From an uncultured virus (IMG/VR IMGVR_UViG_3300042731_007181) (taxonomy: Duplodnaviria; Heunggongvirae; Uroviricota; Caudoviricetes): a stretch of DNA of 64,000 bases. The stretch is taken from IMG/VR virus record IMGVR_UViG_3300042731_007181, one strand, 5' to 3'. Below, piece by piece: positions 8,687 to 18,800 of the stretch. Below the pieces are notes generated by a model. It made no database searches and was not told where the DNA came from. It saw only the letters and a program-made list of their open reading frames with translations. The number at the start of each line of letters is the position of its first letter. Within the stretch, counting starts at the first letter, position 1. Position numbers and translations under genes: made by a program.

Positions 8687-10891
8687 TTAGAAATCGAACT
8701 TTATCGTGTACTGTTGTACCCCCACTCTCTTTTCAGGGGATTGTACCTTAGACATAATCATAAGGTCTTTGTCCGAATTATAAAGTCCAACTTCGGTAAC
8801 ATAAGGTGAGTTACCTGTCCATGTAGGATTCGAACTATCTAAAAATTGTGTCTGACCTAAGTTGACCTGATAGTTCATTACATATATTGTGGCTGCGATA
8901 TCGGACTTTAATGTTCCGTAGAAGAAGAACTCATCACCGAAGTTTAACTGTGAGTCACCCGTCTGTGGAATATCAATATAATTCTCTAATACATAAGAAG
9001 AACCCGCATCATAATTTTCTTTTGTGATTTGGAATGTTTTGGACGCCATATTAGATTCAGAAATGTAAGAACCTGAAGTGATACCCGAAATTTGTGATGT
9101 CATATCAATCTCCTTCCAATTTTCAGGAGTCGGTCTCGAACCTGTCGTAGTCTTTTGTACCAACATAACCAATTTGTTTGCACTAAAACCATTTGGGTTG
9201 CCTGATGGTGAATCATTTAAGAATGGAAACTCAGGACCGAAACTTACAGTAACGTTTTTGCTTGTACCGTCACCACAACCCGCTTCCTCACCAGTAATAG
9301 TAGTATAATAGTTACAGTGTAACGAGTCAGTAAATGCAGTATTATTAAATCTATATGTGACCCATAAAGTTTCATTAGAACCTGTTAATATACCTTGGAA
9401 TCCCGTAGTAACTGAGTCTGAATTTGTTGGTGAGATATACCCTAACTTAGGTGCTGGTAATGTCCAGTTTCTATTTGATTTGTAGTTTAATGCAGCAACT
9501 AATTCTTCATCATCGATTACAACAATCTTCAAATCAGGGAAGACCTTACCCACTCTGTTTGGATATCCATTGATGTCTGTGTTCGTATCCCATAAGTGGT
9601 AATATCTAATACCTGGGTCATTCATATTTGAATTAGGTGTCGACATTATGTAGTGAGGTGTGAACAAACCTAACGTATCATAACCAGCAGGGTCAGTGTA
9701 GAATGTTTCACCCATTGTACCACCTGTTGATTTATGCCACATCAACCATGGAATATCTAAGTTGAAGTTACGTGCGGCACCTGTATCACTTGCCAATGTC
9801 TTTGATGTATCTCTATTCTTTTGGGCTAATTTCTCACCGTAGAAATTATCAATGGCGTTATTAGTATAGTGGATAATCGCAATAGACTTTTGGTCTGATG
9901 GTTTAACATTAACCTTCTCACTGAAAGAATTGTAATAATAAGTCGAATCAGAATCAGTCTGACCACTATCACTATGGTACCCTAAGTACTCTTTGGTACC
10001 TGTGTATCCTGTTGAACCAAAGTAACTAAATCCTAAGTCATTGATTGTAAAACCGGCTGGTGACTCAGTCCACGGAATGTTCATATTCCATATTTTAACA
10101 TCTTCACCTGTAGTACAGTTTGTTTCAAAATTCAAATCTTGAGCTTGGATGTAAGATAGTGGGGTGTTTGAATCATAAATCTCAGTCATTCCTGATGGGA
10201 AGAAGTATAATCGACCATTACCATTTAACGACATACTTGAAAAATCAGGTAAGTCTCTATCCACCTCAACGGTAATACTACCTGATGTTGCTTGTGTTGA
10301 ACCATTAATACTTTCAACTCTATACACCAACATTGGGAAATTTCCTGACCACTCGTTACAATCGGCTGAACCATCCATCCAAATAGCAACATAATCACCG
10401 GCTTGAGTATCAGCCGAAAATGATGTCCCACAGTTTGAGAATGATGCGGTAAATGTTTTACCTGAATTCAAGTTGGCTAAGTTGACAATCCAATTAGAAG
10501 ACTTCACATAAGTTGAAGATGATTGGTGGTAAAAAGAACCTGTAGTTCCTGTGAAGAACCCTCTCGGAGCCGCACTATTATAGATTTCATCAACTTCAGG
10601 TTTAGAGAATGGAATACCAAAGAATGATGTTTTACTCGAATCAATATACAAAGGATATTTGATATTCAATTGGTTTTTTTCAGGGATTGAAGTCTTATTC
10701 TGAGCATTAAACGCAGGTGATAAAACTTCCAACGATGAAAGGTTTGCATTTTCGATACAATCATAACAAACTTCACTATCACCCACTTGGAAATAACTGA
10801 TGTTAAAATCTCCTCGTGAGATAGCTCTACGACCGGCGTCAGTAATTACTGAGTTAATTAATGCTGAAGTATCTTTTATAATGTATCCCAT
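8687..10891 (-). CDS. virion baseplate/tail-fibre attachment protein
   Basis: The N-terminal 'ITDAGRRAIS...YFQVGDSE' and C-terminal 'YVTEVGLYNSDKDLMIMSK' resemble the tail-collar/DUF3751-type domain, split here by a large insert; TATTTAT motif upstream. Confidence 0.6.
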   Translation of the reverse strand: MGYIIKDTSALINSVITDAGRRAISRGDFNISYFQVGDSEVCYDCIENANLSSLEVLSPAFNAQNKTSIPEKNQLNIKYPLYIDSSKTSFFGIPFSKPEVDEIYNSAAPRGFFTGTTGSFYHQSSSTYVKSSNWIVNLANLNSGKTFTASFSNCGTSFSADTQAGDYVAIWMDGSADCNEWSGNFPMLVYRVESINGSTQATSGSITVEVDRDLPDFSSMSLNGNGRLYFFPSGMTEIYDSNTPLSYIQAQDLNFETNCTTGEDVKIWNMNIPWTESPAGFTINDLGFSYFGSTGYTGTKEYLGYHSDSGQTDSDSTYYYNSFSEKVNVKPSDQKSIAIIHYTNNAIDNFYGEKLAQKNRDTSKTLASDTGAARNFNLDIPWLMWHKSTGGTMGETFYTDPAGYDTLGLFTPHYIMSTPNSNMNDPGIRYYHLWDTNTDINGYPNRVGKVFPDLKIVVIDDEELVAALNYKSNRNWTLPAPKLGYISPTNSDSVTTGFQGILTGSNETLWVTYRFNNTAFTDSLHCNYYTTITGEEAGCGDGTSKNVTVSFGPEFPFLNDSPSGNPNGFSANKLVMLVQKTTTGSRPTPENWKEIDMTSQISGITSGSYISESNMASKTFQITKENYDAGSSYVLENYIDIPQTGDSQLNFGDEFFFYGTLKSDIAATIYVMNYQVNLGQTQFLDSSNPTWTGNSPYVTEVGLYNSDKDLMIMSKVQSPEKRVGVQQYTIKFDF

Positions 10892-10897
10892 ATGTTT

Positions 10898-10904
10898 ATA
10901 AATA
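10898..10904 (-). promoter_or_regulatory. putative late promoter TATTTAT
   Basis: 6 nt upstream of ATG 10891; the motif recurs before structural genes. Confidence 0.65.
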
Positions 10905-10924
10905 CCTTATTGGTTCTTTTTATT

Positions 10925-12292
10925 TTAGTTAAATGGACTCGTTGATACGTCTTGATTAGTACCACCACTACCTGTTGCAGTACCACAACTCGTTCCGTTT
11001 ATTGTTACGTTTTGTACACCGACACTATAGTAATTATACCCATAAACAGGACAAGACGAATCACGAGGTAATAAATTCGATACTGTGAATGTATCCACAC
11101 CACTTACAGTACCTCCTGATATTGTAATATCAAGTGTTTTAGTAAACCCTGAATTATTCCATCCATTCACATAAGAACCACCACAAGACCTTTGACCACT
11201 ACTTGTACTCAGTGATTCATTGGTAGCGTCTATAGATGCCGCACCACTTACTGATGTAGTACTACCTGAGGTGAATGTGGCATTTTGAGTAGAAGTATAA
11301 TATTCAGTAAAGAAGTTTGTGATAATAATCTTACCACTTACAGATACCCCATTCGGTAATGCAGGTGTCACTGAAGCTGTCCAATTCACTGTTTTAGATT
11401 TGTATAGTTGTGCATTACTATTTGTACTTGTCGATGTAGTAAGTTGTAAAGTATATACAGTGGTATTACTTCCTGAACCAATGGTAAAGTTTCTTGTGAT
11501 TACAGTATTGTTAGAATCTTTGATATATACCGTACCATTTCCTGAAGGTAAGTTTGTAAACGTCGCAGAACTTTGGTAAGTCACACCATCTAATGAGTAT
11601 ACAATAGGACCTACACCACCCCACGCATTTACAGTGACAGTACCATTATTAGAACCAACACATGTTTCATCCGTCTTCGTTACGGTGGCATTCAATCCAA
11701 CAGTCACACAAGTACCAGTATTCAATAACCACGTAAAACTCGAACCTAATTGGTTCCACGTTCCTGTTGGGATATTTTTATTACTATTCTGAACTAAGTA
11801 TCCTGGCGTAAATCCACTAACATCCCATCTTGATTGTGACGTATTATATACAATATCAAAAGATGAACCACTCCATGATGGTTTTCCATTGATGATACCT
11901 TGGTAGTCAAATTCGTACTGGTCGTAAGATTCTTGATTTTTAGTTAAACATACTGTTGATGGGTATGTTGGGCTTGGTGTCGCACTTGGAGTTGGTGTTG
12001 GTGACGGACTTAATGCCGGTGGTGGACCTGCAACCACACAACTCGCAATATCCGTAAAATCACCATAATAATCAGTAACCGTTGCTGTGTATGTTCCAGG
12101 TACAACATTTAAGATTTTTGTGACATCTCTTGCACCTGTAGACCATTCAATAGTATATGGAGGAGTACCACCAGTGATGAATATTTCCATTGAACCATTC
12201 ACACCAGTACTCGAATCTGTAGTCACACAATTTACCCCTAACGGGTAAACCGTATAAACTCCACAACTATTATTTGTTACTGTATCACTCAT
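10925..12292 (-). CDS. SprB-repeat surface/virion protein with PT linker
   Basis: 'ITGGTPPYTIEWSTG...GTYTATVTD' and 'TDETCVGSNNGTVTVNAWGGVGPIVYSLDG...VYIKDSNN' are SprB-type repeats. Confidence 0.75.
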   Translation of the reverse strand: MSDTVTNNSCGVYTVYPLGVNCVTTDSSTGVNGSMEIFITGGTPPYTIEWSTGARDVTKILNVVPGTYTATVTDYYGDFTDIASCVVAGPPPALSPSPTPTPSATPSPTYPSTVCLTKNQESYDQYEFDYQGIINGKPSWSGSSFDIVYNTSQSRWDVSGFTPGYLVQNSNKNIPTGTWNQLGSSFTWLLNTGTCVTVGLNATVTKTDETCVGSNNGTVTVNAWGGVGPIVYSLDGVTYQSSATFTNLPSGNGTVYIKDSNNTVITRNFTIGSGSNTTVYTLQLTTSTSTNSNAQLYKSKTVNWTASVTPALPNGVSVSGKIIITNFFTEYYTSTQNATFTSGSTTSVSGAASIDATNESLSTSSGQRSCGGSYVNGWNNSGFTKTLDITISGGTVSGVDTFTVSNLLPRDSSCPVYGYNYYSVGVQNVTINGTSCGTATGSGGTNQDVSTSPFN

Positions 12293-12293
12293 A

Positions 12294-14606
12294 TTAACAA
12301 CCTAACCCAACTTGACATTCTAAAGTTAACACACCATTTGGACCTACACTATAAATAGTTGAACCATCAGATATGAAAGTACCATATGTAACATATGTTG
12401 TCAAAGCACTATTATTATAAACAACCACACCGCTTGCAAGTGCACTTACAGAAGAATTTGTATAGATAACTGTCAAGGGACCGAACAAAGTACAGTTAGG
12501 ACAATTAATACTTACAGACCTTTGTACATTCCATTGGGTATATTGAGGACCAATAGTCGATTGGGTCAAACAAAACTCACCACTCCATGTAACGTTAGTA
12601 TTATCAGTAAAGTATTTAGATGAATTTACTTGTGTTGTTGCACTTGTACACTCAGCCTCAAAGTAATAGAATGTCTTCCCGTTGCTTGTTGTAACAGTAC
12701 TGTTTGTAGTTGCACTGAATACAAAACCTTGACCTGTCAACCATTGATTCTGAGGGTCTCGAGCTTCAAATGTTAATATTTGGTTGGCACTTGTCGAAGG
12801 TACACTCCACGTTACCGTATTATTCAAATCGTTAGCACACATTTTGACAGCATAAACATCACCTACTGTGATAGTACTGTCAACTGTTGATGAATTCAAA
12901 CTATTATTTGTAAATGACTTTCCAAACGTGATGTTTCCATTGACTGTGAACGAAGATGACCCACCCGTATTTTGATATTCACTGTATGAAGCAATCACAG
13001 GACTATAAAAGTTAAAATTCTCAATTTTTGTTTTGTAATCGTTGAGATTTGTTACACCATTATTAGACCATGATGGGTGAGTTGCAGGACCAGAACTAAA
13101 CACTGTCAAACTACACGTCATAGGTGATGGTGTAGGTGTAGCGGCATTCAAATTAGTATTACATGTTGGACAGTCATTAAACACTGTCGGACTTCCAAAT
13201 ATGTTTGTTGCCGAGTAGGAATATATAAATCCTTGTGGTGGTGTATAAGGCTTATTAAATATACCCACATAAACATAACACACTCCTTGGTATTGGAATG
13301 TTTTACCAACAGTAACATTTGGTACAGGAACATCTTGACTTACTATGATTGCAATTTCTGCTGTACACGCACTATAAACATAAGTTTGAGCAGGAACACC
13401 GCTACTTGTCGACGGCGTAACAGAAGCAGTTATACTCGGAGTTAAGGTCGGTGTTGGTGTTTGTGTTTGAGTACTTGTCGGCGTTTGTGTTGGCGTATGT
13501 GTCGGTGTTGGTGTCTGAGACTGTGTCGGTGTCGGTGTTGGTGAAAGACAAATACATGAAGCATCAGCATAATAAGTTGCATCCGTCTCTGACTTCAATA
13601 CCACGTTAAGTGCACATACATTATCCACATCGTAAGCATTCACAAACAATGAGTATGTTCTTCCGTCACAATCAGTAATCGTAAACTGTGCTCCCCTACC
13701 TGTACCACCATAGAGTCTCCAATTTGTACAACATGGTGTTGAACTACTTGGAGTCACACTTATTGTTGGTGTAGGTGTTTGACTGATTTCGGGAGTAACA
13801 GAAACTGAAACTGTTGGTGTATTGGTTGGTGTAAAATCAGGTGTTCGAGAAATAGTAGGTGTCGGTGTTTGACTGACACCTGGTGTATCTGATACCGAAA
13901 CTGTTGGGGTATTTGTTGGAGTAGAATCAGGTGTTCGAGAAATAGTAGGGGTTGGTGTTTGACTAATACCGGGTGTATCTGATACCGAAACAGTTGGTGT
14001 ATTTGTTATCGTAGAGGTATTTGTAGGGGTAACCGAATTTGTTGGAGTGTATGTCGGAGTAACAGATGGAGTAATACTCTGTGTTAAGGTTGGTGTATGT
14101 GTAGGTGTAGGTGTTAGAGTTTGTGTTCTTGTCAATGTTGGAGTAACTGACGGTGTCACTGTGGGTCTTGGTGTCGCAGTTTGAGAAACACCAGGTGTTG
14201 GAGATAAAGACGCCGTTGGAGTCACACTTGCAGTTACTGAAGATGTCGGCGTATTCGTTGGAGTTACTGTGGGAGTTGCCGTATTCGTTGGAGTCGGTGT
14301 ACTACTCGGAGTATTTGAAGAAACACACACACCACAGGTATTATAGACCCCATTGATTGACATAACGTAGGAGTCTGGTGAACCATCAACATCACTATGA
14401 TAAGTGAAACATTGAGTTACCTGTCCATTTGGTGTTTGTAATGTGGCTCTGAAGATATCCCCAATTGATATTGGATTTGTATCATATGAAAGGTCTCCAT
14501 CAACATAAAAATAGTTATTGGTATTACACTGCAATAATTTTTTAATATTATTACAACATTCAGGCTGTTCACCAAATACATTAAAACCTACTCTTCCTGT
14601 TACCAT
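12294..14606 (-). CDS. mucin-like Thr/Pro/Ser-rich, Cys-rich virion protein
   Basis: TPT tracts separated by Cys-containing modules; likely start is MVTGR at 14606, 1 nt after the upstream stop. Confidence 0.75.
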   Translation of the reverse strand: MVTGRVGFNVFGEQPECCNNIKKLLQCNTNNYFYVDGDLSYDTNPISIGDIFRATLQTPNGQVTQCFTYHSDVDGSPDSYVMSINGVYNTCGVCVSSNTPSSTPTPTNTATPTVTPTNTPTSSVTASVTPTASLSPTPGVSQTATPRPTVTPSVTPTLTRTQTLTPTPTHTPTLTQSITPSVTPTYTPTNSVTPTNTSTITNTPTVSVSDTPGISQTPTPTISRTPDSTPTNTPTVSVSDTPGVSQTPTPTISRTPDFTPTNTPTVSVSVTPEISQTPTPTISVTPSSSTPCCTNWRLYGGTGRGAQFTITDCDGRTYSLFVNAYDVDNVCALNVVLKSETDATYYADASCICLSPTPTPTQSQTPTPTHTPTQTPTSTQTQTPTPTLTPSITASVTPSTSSGVPAQTYVYSACTAEIAIIVSQDVPVPNVTVGKTFQYQGVCYVYVGIFNKPYTPPQGFIYSYSATNIFGSPTVFNDCPTCNTNLNAATPTPSPMTCSLTVFSSGPATHPSWSNNGVTNLNDYKTKIENFNFYSPVIASYSEYQNTGGSSSFTVNGNITFGKSFTNNSLNSSTVDSTITVGDVYAVKMCANDLNNTVTWSVPSTSANQILTFEARDPQNQWLTGQGFVFSATTNSTVTTSNGKTFYYFEAECTSATTQVNSSKYFTDNTNVTWSGEFCLTQSTIGPQYTQWNVQRSVSINCPNCTLFGPLTVIYTNSSVSALASGVVVYNNSALTTYVTYGTFISDGSTIYSVGPNGVLTLECQVGLGC
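13755..14010 (-). repeat. 90-bp (30-aa) near-identical tandem repeat [30 protein letters not shown]
   Basis: aatcaggtgttcgagaaatagtagg occurs at ~13835 and ~13925; gtatctgataccgaaac at ~13885 and ~13975. Confidence 0.8.
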
Positions 14607-14607
14607 T

Positions 14608-15840
14608 TTAGGTTCTTGTTCCACCTTGCCAGTATGTGTTACCTGACAATTCCAAATTTATGTCCCCACTAAGACCATTTACTATATGTAATTCAGTAGT
14701 CCCTGTATCTGAAAAGTAAACAGAATTACCCGTCCATGCGGAAATAGATAATTGCTCGGCAACTTTGTCAATGCGGTTCGCTAATCCATAAATAGTTTGA
14801 CCGTTATAATTTGCACCGGCAAATACTAAACCAACAATCTTTCTTGTACCTGAAAAATCAGCTACCAAAGCAGACCCAGAATCACCACCATACACAGGAT
14901 AAGGACATATAGAACCTGCAGGTGTTGTTGAAGCACTGGCGTAATATCTTATACAATCACTGAAGTATATGGTTTCATTGACACCTTGATTATTATACTC
15001 AATACTTATGGTCGCGGCAACTGATGATGCAAATAACTTCATATCCCCTTCACCTTTGGGTCCTGTTGTACGACCAGCACTAAATAAGTTAATTCCATTG
15101 GTAACAAGACTATCAATTTCAGCTGTAGATGCAAATTCCAAAGGTTGAGTCCATCCATTCATACCATATTGTCTGTATGATGTCGTTGAACTAATATCAC
15201 TTTGGTTTACAGTTGCTAATGCACCATCAACAGAGTTATATTCGGGAGTACCACTGATTGGTACATATCTTTTAACCAGACCAATCGAGTTTTGTAGACC
15301 ACTGTTACCACTTTCATTAGGTTGAGTCACAAAATTATTCACAATATCTGTGTGTACTCCACTTTGTTGTCTTTCTGAGGCTAAAAAAGCATTTTTAACT
15401 AAAACGTGATTGTTACTTACACCAACTAACGAATTAGTTTCAGTATCTACCGCCAAAAACCCTAAAGTACCCACATAACTACCTAAATTAGTGTAATTTG
15501 TTACTGAAATACCACCTTGGATTGGTCTAATCTTGTTTCTATTAGCAGGTGGAGTATTAATCCATGTATAAAAATCTGAAGGGCAATTCTCCATGAAAAC
15601 GAATTCACCTTCTTCAACATCCGTCTTTAATATTGACCCGTCGACCTCAATTTCTGATGGTAGTAACTCATCTTCAGGTATTTCTTCCAATGGTCTTTTT
15701 TGTTTTACTGTAAAAACAACCGCATCTTCATCAGTCATCTTACCACCAACCGTTTTCTTTGTAATGGTCACGCCCACCACATCCTCAGGGGTTATGTTAT
15801 GGTAGTGTTTTGTCAGGTCTCTTAATAATTGGTTATCCAT
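14608..15840 (-). CDS. trypsin-like serine protease (Nal1-like)
   Basis: Triad motifs SNNHV, VDGALA and GGDSGS, plus GTLG, GRTTG and VGLVFAG; N-terminal 'VVGV...VFTVKQK...TDVEE' pro-like domain. Confidence 0.88.
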   Translation of the reverse strand: MDNQLLRDLTKHYHNITPEDVVGVTITKKTVGGKMTDEDAVVFTVKQKRPLEEIPEDELLPSEIEVDGSILKTDVEEGEFVFMENCPSDFYTWINTPPANRNKIRPIQGGISVTNYTNLGSYVGTLGFLAVDTETNSLVGVSNNHVLVKNAFLASERQQSGVHTDIVNNFVTQPNESGNSGLQNSIGLVKRYVPISGTPEYNSVDGALATVNQSDISSTTSYRQYGMNGWTQPLEFASTAEIDSLVTNGINLFSAGRTTGPKGEGDMKLFASSVAATISIEYNNQGVNETIYFSDCIRYYASASTTPAGSICPYPVYGGDSGSALVADFSGTRKIVGLVFAGANYNGQTIYGLANRIDKVAEQLSISAWTGNSVYFSDTGTTELHIVNGLSGDINLELSGNTYWQGGTRT

Positions 15841-15843
15841 ATC

Positions 15844-18800
15844 TTATAGGTTTGGTATAAACATAAATACTGTGAACGGTCCACCTTCAGTTGGAGTGAC
15901 ACTCGGAGTCGGAGTGTATGTTGGACTCACAGAGATTGATGGTGTATTTGTCGGACTATTAGATATCGTTGGAGTATTAGTCGGACTTACCGAAATTGTT
16001 GGCGTATTTGTTGGACTCACCGAAATGGTAGGTGTGTTACTTGGACTTGGTGTCGATGTAATTGCAGGTCCACTACAACAGTTGTTACATATATTTGTTA
16101 ATGTATATGCTGAGCTTGGGTATTGAGGTGGGAATATTACTGTATTTTGTTGTGCACATATCGTAATAGTTGTCGGTACTTTATAGATAATACCATGTGA
16201 CTGTCTTACAGTACCACATAACGTATCACTACACTCATCATACCAATATTCGAATAACCCTTCCGTACCCAATTTAGTCACTTCTAATTCATATACACTA
16301 CAGTCTTGTAAAATACTTGATGTTGATGGAGTCACTGTATGTGTCGGAGTAACTGTAGGTGTTGAAGTTACCGTAGGGGTTTGGGTTGATAATGGTGTAT
16401 TAGTTGGTGTAGGACTTGGTGTTCCTCCCGGTGTTTGAGTAACTGTAGATGTTGGTGTAATTGTTACAGTATTTGACGGTGTCGGTGTATTAGATGACGT
16501 TACAGTTGCCGTTTGTGTCGGAGTGTGTGTTGATGTAGGTGTCGATGTTGGAGTTCCACCAGGAGTCTCTGAAGGAGTAACGGTTTGTGTTACCGTTTGG
16601 GTTGGTGTATACGTAGGTGTTGCACTTGCGGTGATAGATGGAGTAACGGTCACTGTCGGTGTTTGAGTTGCCGTCAATGATGGTGTTACCGATGGTGTCA
16701 CAGAAGAAGTGATTGAAGGTGTCGGAGTTAATGTTGCCGTTTGAGTTGGGGTATTTGTTGGAGTACCACCTGGTGTCTCAGAAGGAGTTACTGTCTGAGT
16801 TGGAGTTGATGTTGGTGTTTCACTTGCAGTTACAGTTGGAGTTACAGAACCTGTAGGTGTATTAGTATTTGTTACCGTCGGAGTCACTGATGCAGTAACC
16901 GATGGTGTTGGCGTAACAGACGATGAAGGAGTCACCGTTTGAGTCGGAGTAACCGAAGCTGTTGGAGTTACAGACGATGTCTGAGTAACCGTTTGTGTTG
17001 GAGTATTTGTCGGAGTAGAACCTGGTGTTTCTGACGGAGTAACAGTCTGAGTAGGTGTCAATGTTTGTGTATTTGACGGAGTAATAGTTGCGGTCAATGT
17101 AGGTGTAACACTTGCCGTTGGTGTAACTGATGCAGTTGGTGTCACACTCGCTGTAGGGGTAACAGAAGCCGTTGGAGTAACCGATGATGTAGGAGTATTT
17201 GTCGGTGTAACCTGAGGAGTCTCAGACGGAGTAACTGTTTGTGTTGGAGTTGACGTAGGTGTTTCACTCGCGGTCACAGTTGGTGTCACCGAAGCAGTTG
17301 GAGTATTCGTTGGTGTTTCAGTAGGAGTTGAAGTGACCGTAGATGTCACTGTTTGAGTTGGTGTACTTGTGTTAGTAGGTGTTACCGATGCCGTCGGAGT
17401 TACAGATGCCGTTGGTGTAACTGAAGATGTTGGAGTATTTGTAGGTGTTACCCCTGGTGTCTCACTCGCAGTTACAGTTTGAGTAGGTGTCAATGTTTGA
17501 GTATTTGACGGAGTGATTGTCGCAGTAATAGATGGAGTAACAGTCGATGTAGGTGTTACCGAAGATGTAGGTGTTACTGAGGCAGTTGGAGTAACTGACG
17601 ATGTCGGTGTTACAGATGCAGTTGGAGTATTTGTTGGGGTAGATATTGGTGTCTCAGAAGGTGTCACAGTCTGAGTAGGTGTCGATGTTGGAGTTTCACT
17701 TGCAGTAACAGTTGGGGTAACCGAAGCAGTAGCAGTCACACTTGCAGTAACCGTAGCCGTAACTGACGGTGTTGGGGTAACTGATGAAGTAGGTGTTACT
17801 GAAGCCGTAGGTGTGACCGAGGCAGTTGGAGTAACTGAAGAAGTAGGTGTATTTGTAGGTGTACTTACAGGTGTTTCAGAAGGAGTAACCGTTTGTGTTT
17901 GAGTTACTGTTGGAGTTACACTCGAAGTAATAGTTGGCGTCACAGATGCAGTTGGAGTTACAGATGCAGTAACAGTCGCAGTTACCGATGGAGTTGGTGT
18001 ATTTGATGTCGTTGGAGTAACTGAAGCAGTTGGCGTTACCGATGCTGTTGGTGTGACAGATGAAGTCTGTGTTACCGTAGCCGTTGGTGTTGATGTAGGA
18101 GTTACTCCTGGCGTTTCAGAAGGTGTTACTGTTTGTGTTGGAGTAAATGTAGGTGTCACCGTCGCAGTAACAGTTGGGGTAATACTCGCTGTTGGTGTAA
18201 CCGATGCAGTCACAGTCGCAGTAACTGAAGGTGTTGGCGTATTCGTTGGCGTCTCAGTCTGAGTCGGAGTGACCGATGAAGTAGGTGTTACGGAAGCAGT
18301 AACAGTTTGAGTCGGTGTAACAGTATTTGTTGGAGTTACACTTGCAGTTGGAGTGACTGATGAAGTCGGAGTATTTGTAGGTGTACTACCTGGTGTTTCT
18401 GATGGGGTTACTGTTTGTGTCGGAGTAAATGTTGGAGTAACAGTTGCCGTAACCGTTGGAGTTATTGATGCGGTTGGAGTAACACTCGCAGTAATTGTAG
18501 CAGTCACAGAAGGTGTCAATGTCTGTGTCGGAGTAACAGAACTTGTTGGTGTAACACTTGCCGTTGGAGTAACAGAGGTAGTAACAGTCTGAGTTGGGGT
18601 TACTGTTTGAGTAGGAGTAACCGATGCAGTTGGGGTAACTGATGAAGTTGGTGTATTAGTCTGAGTAACCGCAGGAGTTTCAGAAGCAGTCACCGTTTGC
18701 GTTGGTGTAAATGTTGGAGTTACAGTTGCAGTAACCGTCGGTGTAATACTTGCCGTTGGAGTGACTGACGCAGTTACTGTCGCAGTTACAGAAGCAGTAG

